From: a phage
Strand: one strand, 5' to 3'
Assembly: GCA_027262695.1 (NCBI GenBank)
Contig: GCA_027262695.1_4722.1
DNA length: 64,000 bases
Shown: piece after piece, positions 1 to 10,600 of the stretch
How the letters are laid out: each line of letters opens with the position of its first letter
Position numbering within the stretch: position 1 is the stretch's first letter
Notes under the pieces: generated by a model
Database searches by the model: none
Seen by the model: only the letters and a program-made list of their open reading frames with translations
What the model was told of the DNA's origin: nothing
Program-made: the position numbers and the translations under genes

Positions 1-2358
1 GTAGTTCGCTTTAAGATGTTCTAATAACGGAGTAAGTCCGCCTAGGTAACTTAGCACAACGCCAACCGGGATACGTACGCCCATGAACTCAAGGTCAGCG
101 GCTTCGATAGGCATCTTCGCGGCATTGATACCGAAGAAATCAGGGAACGTTCCAACCGGCGTTGGGGTTTGATTCGGTTCGTAAACGTACAACTGATTCT
201 GATTATCCACCGCCAGGAATTCACCGTTGGTGTTTTTGGCGAACGTTAAGAATCCACCCGCCAGCTGTTCGGTGAACAAATCTGCGCCGATATGTTCTGG
301 CAACGTTTTGATATCGAGGCGTATGTCCCAATCCGCAAATTGAATTTGGGTGTAGTTACGCGCAAGCACAGCGAAGTAATACGGAACTTTGACAGCCGGA
401 TCAAAGACGTTACCACGTTTTAAGGTGGTTAGCGGGGAGGTTTTATCGTAATACATCGCTGTGAGTTGACGTGTTAACCAACGACCAGCATTATTCACGA
501 CACGCTCTGAACGTTTAACAAACACCTTACCGTAGGCGGTACTCAACGCAACTTCGGATGATGATACCTTTCTGATAGGTTTATCAACACGTTGTTTACG
601 CATCCGGTATTTAATACCGTTAACGACATAAATACCGTCCTTACGAACCTTCGGTAACATCACCGGGAACGTCGTTGGAACACCACCCACCGGAGCCAGC
701 TTGATCGTGATGACCTGGTAATCACCCATCACGTCAACAACATCTTCAACTTTATATCCGGTAACAGGATAGCCTGCTTGTTGCACTGCCACAACGGCCG
801 CTGCGATGTCCTTTTGCATCACGTGTTCAACGTAATGTTTATCCCACACCGCAAGCGTCGATTTACATAGGCTCTTATCGACGATAACATCCGCTTCCGG
901 CATAACCTTTGCTGGCGCTAATTTCGCGGCTTTTGGTTTAACCTCAACGTATTCAGCAAGCGTTAGTCCAGAACCGTCAGGTGCTTCAATTTCATGAATC
1001 GCGTCAGCGTTACGCATCGCGGCTTTATATTGAACGCCGCTTAATTGACCCGCATCCGCGAGGTCGCTCGCACGTACCAACACCGCATCGGATAACGACT
1101 GAATATATTCACCGTGCGTTTTCGGCAACGTTGCCGCATCGAAGACATCATCTTTTTCTTCCGGCACGTCGTCGTTGACGACCTCAAAGAGATCATCGGT
1201 GATGTCTTGATCTTCGTCCGGTTGAAAATCGGGCTGAACTTCAACGCCCGGGACTTCACGAACATCTTCGAACGCACGCTCAACAACCGCGTTCCATGCT
1301 TCAGCGTCGTCATCCTCATCCGATCCTCCGATCAACTCGCTTTCCAGTTCATCGGGGTCAAGAACGGTATCGAGATCCTCACCGTTAGGAAGCACGACAT
1401 CACGTTCATCGTACTCCGCATCGGGACTGTCTGCGAGAATATCACGCTCCTGACGAAGAACCTGCTCCTCTTCTTGTTTCTGTTCTTCTTCGTTGGCGCT
1501 CTGCGACCACAGACGGGTTACCGCCATCATCCAACGACGCTGGAATGTTTCAAGCGTTGTCTTATCAAGTTCCTCGCCTTCCTTCGCCAAACCCGAACGC
1601 CATTCTTCCATTAAACCAAGATTCAGGGTAAAGAAATAGACGCCGTCCGTAAATACAACGTTAAGCTTATCCAGCGAAGCACGATCCAATGACGCCATCG
1701 TACTGTTCTCACGATCGACACCTAACCAGCGGAAGAAGTCAAAGAACGACAGCTCCTCTGAGGTGGCAAAATTCATGAGGTTATTACGGGTTGGGGCTTG
1801 TTGTGTCGTACGCATCAACGATATCTTCGGTAACGTCGACGGGATACGGAATAACAAGAACTGCTGACGGTCGCTTTGCTTGGCGATCTCGTTTGCTTGC
1901 GTCCAAATCGTTTTACGCACGTTGAACCACTCATCATACCAACGTGTTAGCGTCGGACGATAGATGTACATGTGGTTAAGATGCGCATAGTTAGCCACGA
2001 TCTGGGCGTTGATGTTCTTCTCAACCTTGCTAAGATCGGTGACCAAACGAAAACGACGATGCGATGCACGGTAATCCAGTTTCGCACGCGGTAGCTGAAA
2101 TCGCTGATCGCGTCGAGGCGCGCCTTGCTTGGTTGCGAGGTCATCCGCGAACGATATCCAAAGCTGTGCACTTTCTTTGCTCAGCATGTATTCGTTTTCA
2201 GGAGGACCTATTAACGAAGGATCGGTTGCTGTGTAATGATAAACAGCATAACGCGGCAGCTGCAAAAGCTGCACCAAACGCAATCTAGGTGATAATAACT
2301 CTTGATAACGTCGTACACCGAATTGTCTGTAGTAATCAAGGTATTTAAGTTTTGCCAT
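1..2358 (-). CDS. large hypothetical protein, 5' part only (>785 aa, runs off window start); contains long acidic low-complexity stretch
   Basis: Uninterrupted minus-strand reading frame from ATG at 2358-2356 to position 1 (manually translated, MAKLKYLDYYRQFGVRRYQELL...); GGAG 8 nt upstream of ATG; not in ORF track because no stop in window. May alternatively be the 3' exon of the intron-containing gene upstream. Confidence 0.6.
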   Translation of the reverse strand, partial: MAKLKYLDYYRQFGVRRYQELLSPRLRLVQLLQLPRYAVYHYTATDPSLIGPPENEYMLSKESAQLWISFADDLATKQGAPRRDQRFQLPRAKLDYRASHRRFRLVTDLSKVEKNINAQIVANYAHLNHMYIYRPTLTRWYDEWFNVRKTIWTQANEIAKQSDRQQFLLFRIPSTLPKISLMRTTQQAPTRNNLMNFATSEELSFFDFFRWLGVDRENSTMASLDRASLDKLNVVFTDGVYFFTLNLGLMEEWRSGLAKEGEELDKTTLETFQRRWMMAVTRLWSQSANEEEQKQEEEQVLRQERDILADSPDAEYDERDVVLPNGEDLDTVLDPDELESELIGGSDEDDDAEAWNAVVERAFEDVREVPGVEVQPDFQPDEDQDITDDLFEVVNDDVPEEKDDVFDAATLPKTHGEYIQSLSDAVLVRASDLADAGQLSGVQYKAAMRNADAIHEIEAPDGSGLTLAEYVEVKPKAAKLAPAKVMPEADVIVDKSLCKSTLAVWDKHYVEHVMQKDIAAAVVAVQQAGYPVTGYKVEDVVDVMGDYQVITIKLAPVGGVPTTFPVMLPKVRKDGIYVVNGIKYRMRKQRVDKPIRKVSSSEVALSTAYGKVFVKRSERVVNNAGRWLTRQLTAMYYDKTSPLTTLKRGNVFDPAVKVPYYFAVLARNYTQIQFADWDIRLDIKTLPEHIGADLFTEQLAGGFLTFAKNTNGEFLAVDNQNQLYVYEPNQTPTPVGTFPDFFGINAAKMPIEAADLEFMGVRIPVGVVLSYLGGLTPLLEHLKANY

Positions 2359-2562
2359 GGGTTAGGCTCCACGAGGTCCCGTTAAGTTGCGTAATAGGAA
2401 CGCAACCGTATCGTAACCAATATCAATGTTGAATTTATTTTTACCGCTTACCCAGAAAGCACGCTTCTTGTGCGAGTTGGTAATTTCGTCGATGGCTTCC
2501 ATGGAATAAAGAACGTTAACCGAGACCGTATCACCGTCGAACCTTGTCTTCGCCTCAGTTCG

Positions 2563-3060
2563 CTACGCTGAGACCGCCTGCATGGATACGTACATGACAG
2601 GCTGCTTGCACTTTCATGCAAGAGGAGACTATATCAAACCGGCAGCTTCACCTTCTCGATCGTATCGAGAATGCGGTGCTGAAGTATTCTTCAGCAGCAC
2701 CTGCTACGGTAACCTACACTTCGAAGACGCTTGTCCTCTACAGGGTGGTAAATCCCTTAGTCGTTGAACCTGCGTTGTTTCCCATTCTTGGTTGCAAGAA
2801 TGCCGTATTACTACGCAACAACCAGGCTGCTGATTGCCCATTGTCTCGCACCTTAGCACCGCTTACGCGGCTTTTCTTTCAGCCTAAGCCTCTTACGGAG
2901 GTAGTGCATCTCAACTGTTGTTTCTGCCTTTCGGCACCCCATGGGTCGTTGAGCTTTAGGGGTTCCCAGCAATTCGTAGGTTTTTCAAGCACTCCCTTTC
3001 GGGAATACCGGACAACTTCCCTTGAAAAAAGTCTTTATTTTTCAAGGACTTATCCCCGCC
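2563..3060 (-). ncRNA. candidate group I self-splicing intron (boundaries approximate)
   Basis: Minus-strand core elements in canonical order: P AATTGCTGGGAA (2974-2963), Q AATCAGCAGCC (2835-2825), R GTTCAACGACTAAGGG (2769-2754), S GATATAGTCTCC (2635-2624); R GACTA pairs with S TAGTC (P7). No ORF >60 aa on this strand across ~600 bp between two long same-frame ORFs. Confidence 0.6.
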
Positions 3061-4518
3061 GAGTCCCTGGAGGTACGGGCTCGGAATGCAAACCGTTTCT
3101 ACGAACGATGCTTTTTGTTTCCAATCAGGGTATTCCCATGCGATATATCGTTCGTCAGTAATCGGTTCCCAATTACTATCAAGTTCTGTCTTGGGAGAAG
3201 CGTTAACGGTTGTACGCGCATAACAGGTTAACGGAATGACTGACTGCATGCCCGATACCGGATAACGTGTTACCATCGCAGCCAGGTTGTTCCAGTATTT
3301 ATATCCTGCGATATAGATAAGCTCAGTATAAGTAATGGGGTGAACATCCGCACCAGGTTTGTTAAGCATCTCTGGCGGTATTTCACTCATACCGCGGAAA
3401 AGTCGGAATGAATCGTTGTTTACATAAACCAAACAGAGATAACGACCATTCACCATGATAGGTTCGTTACGTACGCCTGGATCGCTTAGCGTGTTCAATA
3501 AACGTTCGATACCATCCCAAGTAGTAAAGTCATCGATGGTGTCAGGATCAAGTACGACTCGTTCACGTTCCATCGTTTCGGTATCGATAAGCTCAACCTC
3601 GGTAACATCACGGACGAAGATCTCTTGCAAAATACCAGTACGTAATGCGTGTTGCGTTATCGGAAGGGCTGCTTTGCTCATCTGGTATAGACCAAGCTGT
3701 ACAGATGTACATGACGTTTGGTTTGGAGAACCGAGAACCTCCGTTGTGGGGTTAATTGCCGAAATAACGTTACGGGTTGAGTTCCAAACACGACGTGAAC
3801 CGAACTTACCTTGGAAGATCCCTTTCTTACCCTGGAACATATCCAACAGCAATGCGTAGATATCATTGAAGGTTCTTTGCAGGCTCCAGCGCTGTCCGTC
3901 GTAGACAGGATCGTTGTAGTCCTTTAATCCATCGGGAACGGTATTGGAGATAGCAAGGAAACGACGGTAGAGCTCCGTGATTTCTTGTTCGCTTTCATAC
4001 CCGCCTTCCTTTACTTCTATTTCACGAAGACCAGCAGGTAACACCAATAAATGACGGGTCATCGCTTTGAACATGTTTTCTTCGACAACTTTAATACGCA
4101 GTTCTCGTTGCGCTGAACCTGTTGAAACGAACTTGATCTCCGCAACGTGTTGTGCGAAGAAACCGTAGCCGGTTTGTCCCGTTAATGCGTCAGCAGCAAC
4201 GAAATCACGCTGTTCTGGATCCCATCGTGCATAAGCTTTACCGGACATGATATCGCCATAAAGGTGTTTCAATCGAATAAGGCGATCGTAAATGACCGGA
4301 TGCAAGATTTCCACTTTACACTCGATGACCGCAAAGCGGCGATCACGATCTTCACTACCCGCACTCCCAAAGATGGTGTATGAATAAAAACCATCATCAT
4401 GGAAATTACCCGTACTCGGGTCACGGATACTCATGCTGGTAATCTTAGGAAGGAAACGCAACTGCTGCTTATCAAGATGCAGTATACTGATATTGAACGG
4501 CTCTCTGACTTTAGCCAT
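2956..4518 (-). CDS. hypothetical protein, putative 5' exon of intron-interrupted gene (last ~30-45 codons before the stop at 2956 are probably intron read-through)
   Basis: ORF track 2956..4551; start moved to ATG 4518 (MAKVREPF) preceded by AAGGAG with 7-nt spacer. ORF continues through the intron P element into a stop. Confidence 0.55.
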   Translation of the reverse strand: MAKVREPFNISILHLDKQQLRFLPKITSMSIRDPSTGNFHDDGFYSYTIFGSAGSEDRDRRFAVIECKVEILHPVIYDRLIRLKHLYGDIMSGKAYARWDPEQRDFVAADALTGQTGYGFFAQHVAEIKFVSTGSAQRELRIKVVEENMFKAMTRHLLVLPAGLREIEVKEGGYESEQEITELYRRFLAISNTVPDGLKDYNDPVYDGQRWSLQRTFNDIYALLLDMFQGKKGIFQGKFGSRRVWNSTRNVISAINPTTEVLGSPNQTSCTSVQLGLYQMSKAALPITQHALRTGILQEIFVRDVTEVELIDTETMERERVVLDPDTIDDFTTWDGIERLLNTLSDPGVRNEPIMVNGRYLCLVYVNNDSFRLFRGMSEIPPEMLNKPGADVHPITYTELIYIAGYKYWNNLAAMVTRYPVSGMQSVIPLTCYARTTVNASPKTELDSNWEPITDERYIAWEYPDWKQKASFVETVCIPSPYLQGLGGDKSLKNKDFFQGKLSGIPERECLKNLRIAGNP

Positions 4519-4691
4519 GGATGCACTCCTTAAATAAGGCGGCGGTATCATCTGAACACATGAGAGACGTAATGGGTGAAGCCATCACCCATCGCTTCCC
4601 TGCTTGATGCGAGGAAGGTATTAAATTACGTACCTGTCCGATGGCCTCGAACAGGCGATGTATGAAGCTATGCTTCAATTTGGAGGTATAC

Positions 4692-7600
4692 ATGGTAGAT
4701 AAAACCCGTGTTGAGGGTGATGATAATTGGGATAACTGGGATGAGGACTTCTCCCTGGATCTCGATTTTGATGAACCCAAAGACGACCGTAAGCCCATAA
4801 CCCGTTATGCAATAGGTGTCGCCAAAGGGGCTGCTGAAGATCTTACTTCCTACGAAAGAATGAAGGAGATCGCCAGAAACGCATTACCTAAGGGTTATAG
4901 CGACGGTATGGATCTTATCGATTCCGCCGTCGGATCCACGAAGGAACTATACAATGAAGCCGTTCGTGACATTCTTCCGAAGGTACAAAGCTCAAAACGG
5001 TTAGCCGCACAACTGACGAAAAAATACCGTGCGAGCATGCCCGATTTCTCGAAGAAAATTATCGAGCGTTGGGAGCAAGAAGCCAAGGAAGAAGACGAAC
5101 GTAAACAGGCGGAAGCCGATCTTAAACAACGCATGGCGAATGCAGGTGATGAAGAAATCGCTCGCAAGGTCGCTGAGGCGTTAGGAGAAGCGGCTAACCA
5201 GAACGCGGATCAGTTTGCAGAACAACAAGCAAAAGAAAGTATCCGTGACGATATTGCTGATAAACGTTATAATGTCACCAACAAACAGATGAGCGCGATG
5301 CAGGAAGGCATCGCCAAGATGGTTGGTTTCAATAACGAATTCGCCGCACGCTATATGCGTAAAAGCCTGGAACTAAAATACCGTTCTTTGGCGATACAAC
5401 GCGCGAGTTTCGATCAGCATAAAAAGTTAGCCGAAGTCTATATCGGTTTATTACAGAACATCCAAAAGAACACGGCTTTACCGGATGCGGCTAAAGCAAA
5501 AATGTCGGAAGAATTTCGTCGCACAGCGTACCAACGTTTCTTTGGTAACGCATTGAATGCGATGAGTTCTTTCGAGAACCGTTTCTTTGCTGATGTTAAG
5601 AAAAACCTTGCAACCAATGCGTTGGGTGCGTTGAAAGGTGTTGTGTCTGGCGCACACGACGCCCTCTCCGGTTTAAACGAAGCACGCGACTCGATGTCCA
5701 TGATGGACGGTATGGGGTCAGAAGGCGATATTAAGGAAATGCAAGGGAAGATGCTGGGTCAGTTGATCGGCTCAACCGTTGCACCATGGATGGCGAATAA
5801 AGGCATGACGGCATTGCGGGATTTAGCAAAACGTCATCCTAACGCTAAATTCGCCAACGCGTTAAAAGCGGTCGATCAAGGCGGTGAAGCTGCTGCTTAT
5901 ACAACGCGTAACGTTGGGAAACTGCTGCAAGAAGATCTTCGTAAAAACGAATTCAACCTCAGCGATCCCTTCTACAAACAGTTCCTGCGTGGGGCTGGAC
6001 GTTGGGCCTTCAATCTGGACGGTGGTCGTAACTTCCGTGTGATGAACGACACCGCGGAGACGTTAGCTGAACAAACATCTTTCGATGGTTTAACCTATCG
6101 TAGCATCAACGAGGTCATTCCCGGATTTCTTGCTCGTATACTGAAAAGCACTGAAGGTATCCGTACCGGTGAAAATGATCCTGATTACGAGGTCTATGAT
6201 GGCATCAGCGGGCAATTCGTTGCTCAACGTACCCGCGAACAAGGTGTAACCGACACCCTCTTTAACAAACGTTCGTTCGGTTATTACGCCGGTCGTTTTA
6301 ATGAAGTTATCTCGGTTATCGATCCCGATAAACAGCTGTCAGAAAAGGCAAGGAAAGCCTTGGCTAAACAGTTAGCACGCGACAGCGATGCGAACATGGC
6401 TTTCGATCCTGCTCGATATACCGACGAAAGTAACTTTGATCGCAGCATCGATAGAGACGCCATTAAAGAACTTTCTGCGTATTTCAAAGATCGTTACGGC
6501 ATTCGTGACGATGTTGATGATGAAGGTAACCGTCAACAGGTTATTGAAAACCGTGGGCAGTACTACACGGAACGTAACCGCGCTGATCTGCGGTACGGTA
6601 ATCTGAAATCCTTGCAGCCGGATATCCAACGCAACCTTAACCTTCTGAAACGTACCGGTGATGTTCAATACCTGGAACGCATCGGGATCGTAACAAGAAA
6701 CAGCGATGGCAGTTATTCGGTTAATCACGATCGTTACTTCTCTGAAATCGATCAATACATCGACCGACCGGAATACGCTGACCGTGGTGATGTTAACACG
6801 CGACTCAGTGCCCAACAGACCAGGGCGTTGGCGTTAGGCTATCGTGACGACGTTGCGTCAAACGCTGACGTACAAAATCGTGCGTTACCAAACCTCGATC
6901 GAACAACGGTCGGAACGGTAAACATCGATGAGAACATCGGATACGAGAAATGGTGGAACGATGCGGGTGTTATCACCACATCGCTTGAAGACCAAAATCG
7001 AGCATGGCAAGAACTCTATCTTGAAGCGCTTCAGGAAGCTTCGCATCAACGTGAAACGATGCTGGAACTTCTGAAAGCGATCTCAGAAAAAGAATGGGGT
7101 GGTAGCGGCGTTGGCCGCCAGGGCGAACCTGGCGGTGAAGAAAGTGATGATCGCTCTATGTTAGGTCGGATCTCCGACCTAACACTAGGTAAAGCCGGTA
7201 GCTATGCCTGGAAAGGTGCAAAAGGAGCTGCCAAGTTCGGATGGAAATGGGGTCGAAAAGCGGCGACATGGGGCGCAAAACGTACGTGGGGAAGCTTCGT
7301 AAACTCAGCGCGTCGAATTATCAACTTCAACCGTTTTGTGTTCGGTGCGTTATCCAAGGTCGATCAAGTTCCGTTTGACATTTACGTTAAAGGTGAAGAT
7401 CGTCCACGTATCTTAGCTGCAAAACTTCGTCAAGGTCTGTATTTCGATGAAGCCACCGGCAAAGCCGTCAAACGGATGAAGGATATTAAAGGTCCGTTAG
7501 TTGATGCTGACGGCAACATCGTCATCAGCGCTGAAGATATCGAGAAGGGATTGATTACGCGCGCTGGACGTGCCTTCGAAAACTCCGGTTTGAAAGCATG

Positions 7601-10600
7601 GGCACGTGAAGGTATCAACGGCATCACCACGGTATTAAGTTTACCAAGACTTTTAAAACGCGGTGCTACGGAGCTTTACAAGCATTTCGATAAAACACCT
7701 GACGTATACGTGACTGGTGAATCCACTCCACGTCTGCTTTCTCTGGTGATGGCGGCAGGCGGTTATTTCCGTAAGTCCGATGGGAAAGTCATCAAGCATC
7801 TGGAAGACATCGACGGTGATGTGGTTGACGCACAAGGAAACGTCATCCTGACCCACGCTGATATGCAGAAAGGGTTGGTCGATAAATACGGTAAGAAGAT
7901 ACGTCGCCTGAAAGAAAAGCTGATCAACTTCGGTGTGAAAGCTTTCACCTTACCGTTAACCTTATTGCGTAAGACAAAAGACATCCTGAAGAATCTCCCC
8001 ACGAAAGCCATGAACGGGTTGCGTCGTATGGGCCTGAACTTCCGTTTACCGGAAGAGGTGCTTATCGGTACAACCGCAGGCATGGTGGATCGTCTCGACG
8101 CTATTTATCAGCTTCTTGATAAACGCATGCCAGGTGGGGATAAGGATTATCGTGATTGGAACGGTGATGGTGTTCGTGAAGGATCGCTTGAAGATCTGAA
8201 ACGTAAACGCGCTGAGAAAGAAGGAGAAAAAGGAGAAGGTACAGGTAAAGGATCCGGGAAAGGAGAAGAGAAGGAGAAGAAAAAAGGAATTCTTGGGAGC
8301 CTTTTCGACATGCTTGGTGACACCGCACTTGGTAAACGTTTAATGGCGAGTCCGCTTGGAAAGATTCTGGGTGGCCTTGGATCCATTCTCAGCGGTGGTG
8401 CATCATTAACGGGGTTACTTGGGAAAGGTTTGCTTAAAGGCTCAGGCGCACTCCTCAGAGGGGGTTTAAGTGCTGCGGGTTGGTTAGGACGTGGTGCCCT
8501 GATGGCAGGCGGTGCTGCGCTTAATGCGGTAGGAGGATTATCCGGGCTTGGTGCTGCGCTTATCTCCCCGGTTGGGTTAGCGATTGCGGGCGGCGCATTA
8601 GCTGCCTATGCGGGTTGGAAAATCTATCAACATTTCGCTGATAAGCCTGACCCGATGCAGAAACTTCGTCTTATTGCATACGGTGCAAAAGGGGATGATA
8701 AGGACTTCAACAAGAAGTTATTGCAAACCGAAACCTACCTTACCGACCATGTGGTCATGACGGGAGATACCATCGGATTCAATCCAAAAGCAGATTCTGA
8801 AAAGATTCTTGAAATCTGGGAACTGTCATTGGAAGATACTGACCGGATGAATGAATGGAAGCGCTGGTATCTACATCGCTTTATCCCCGTTTTCGCTCGT
8901 GCGTTTAAACTCTGGAAAGAGCACATGCCGGACGAGAAGAAGTTCATGGAGATGGACGACTACCCCAACGGTGAGAACAAAGTCAAATGGTCAGAAGCCT
9001 TCATCTGGCCATCGGATAGTCCAGACAGCCCGTACTATGTTGAAGCTAACCCGTTAGGTTCGGCTGGCGCAACGTTATACATCGCGGGACAGGATGTTAA
9101 AAAGCTCATGGAAAGCCAGCTGGAAGTCATCAGGAAGGAATATCAAAACCAGATCAAGAAATACACGCACGATGAAGCGATTAAAGACTGGTCGAAGCTG
9201 TCTGACGCCCAACGTAAGTCCGTTGCGCCTAACGCGTTACGTGGACAGAAAGCCTCTTTACGTTTCAGCGATAACAAGTATAACAGTGCGGGTGTTAAAG
9301 GTCGTCAGAAACTGGACGCTACTGCGGTTGTTGAAAGCGTGGATCGTCGCGGTAAGAAATGGATGGCCGGTGGGTACATCGATGAACTTACCAGTTTACG
9401 TATCCGCGCCTACGGGTTAGAGGTTCCGCTGTTAAGCCAAATCAAGGTATTGATGGAACTGGAAGACGCGGTTGAACCTGGCGTTGTTGCTGAAGGTAAA
9501 GGCGTCAAATACGGCGGTAATCTCGCGGAGCTGTATAAGAAGTTCGCATCGAAATTCGGTCGGGATGTCAACGGCAAACAAGACCAGAACATCTGGTTTG
9601 CCTGGATGAACAACCGTTTCTTGCCGGTCTTCTTAACGTACTATCAGCAAGTTGGCGAGATGGGCGGACAAGGGCTGTTATCAGATGTTGTACAGAATCT
9701 GAAAGACAGCCAGCGTTGGGAAATCGGTGAGGCGTTGGTTGCTGCGCAATACAAGGATGAGAAGGGTGCGCTACAGCCGGTATGGTCGTGGAACAGTTGT
9801 GGTTTCTCTGGCACCAAAGCAAACATGTCCAGCAGTTCAACCAAGAGCCAACTCGATCTGTTAAAAGAATACGCAGATAAAGAGAAGGTTCGTGAGAAGA
9901 ACGCTGAAGCATCGCAGGAGGATGAAGATAAATTATCGAAAATCCAAGAGCAGTTGATGAAGCAAGCGGGATATGAGAAGAAGGACGGTGTTTGGCAGAA
10001 GAAATCACGTATCACGGGTGGGATGAGCAACGCGGAGGCGAACTACAATCCGAACCGTAACGAGGTTGGCAGAAGTAGCTTTACTGCTTCAGCAACCTCC
10101 AGCGCAGGTTTGGGTAGTGGTGGACCGGATATCACCGGGTTACCGAACATGGGACTGAAGAAACCCGCATCAGGTCCTGGTCCAGAAGCGGGTCGTCGTG
10201 CGGCAATTAAATCAGCGGTGAAGCACGGTATTACCGATCCGATGGAAATGGCGATGTTCTTATCGAACCTCGAACATGAATCCGGTAACTACAGGTATGT
10301 CCGCGAACTTAACTACACAAAACCCGACAGTCTGAAGAAAGCGTTCAGTCGTAAATTCAGGGATGAGCAGGACGCTGCCCAGACCATCAGCATGGGTCCA
10401 GAGGCGGTATTCGAACGTGTGTATGGAATGCGTAAGGATCTGGGAAATACCCAGAAAGGTGACGGAGCGAAATATCTGGGGCGTGGTTATATCCAGGTTA
10501 CAGGTAAAGCCAACTACGCACGATTGTCGAAGATCCTGAATAAAGATCTGGTTAGCGATCCATCGTATTTGGAAACCCCAGAAGGTGCAGCCGAAGGGAG

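Noticed and set aside
2582-3231. Plus-strand ORFs 2582..2767, 2616..3161, 3022..3231
   Set aside because: They overlap the candidate group I intron and the 3' end of the minus-strand gene; the intron core elements explain this sequence better.
4895-10030. Multiple short ORFs on either strand inside the 6.7 kb giant gene
   Set aside because: All are embedded within the 2223-aa reading frame; no independent start signals seen.
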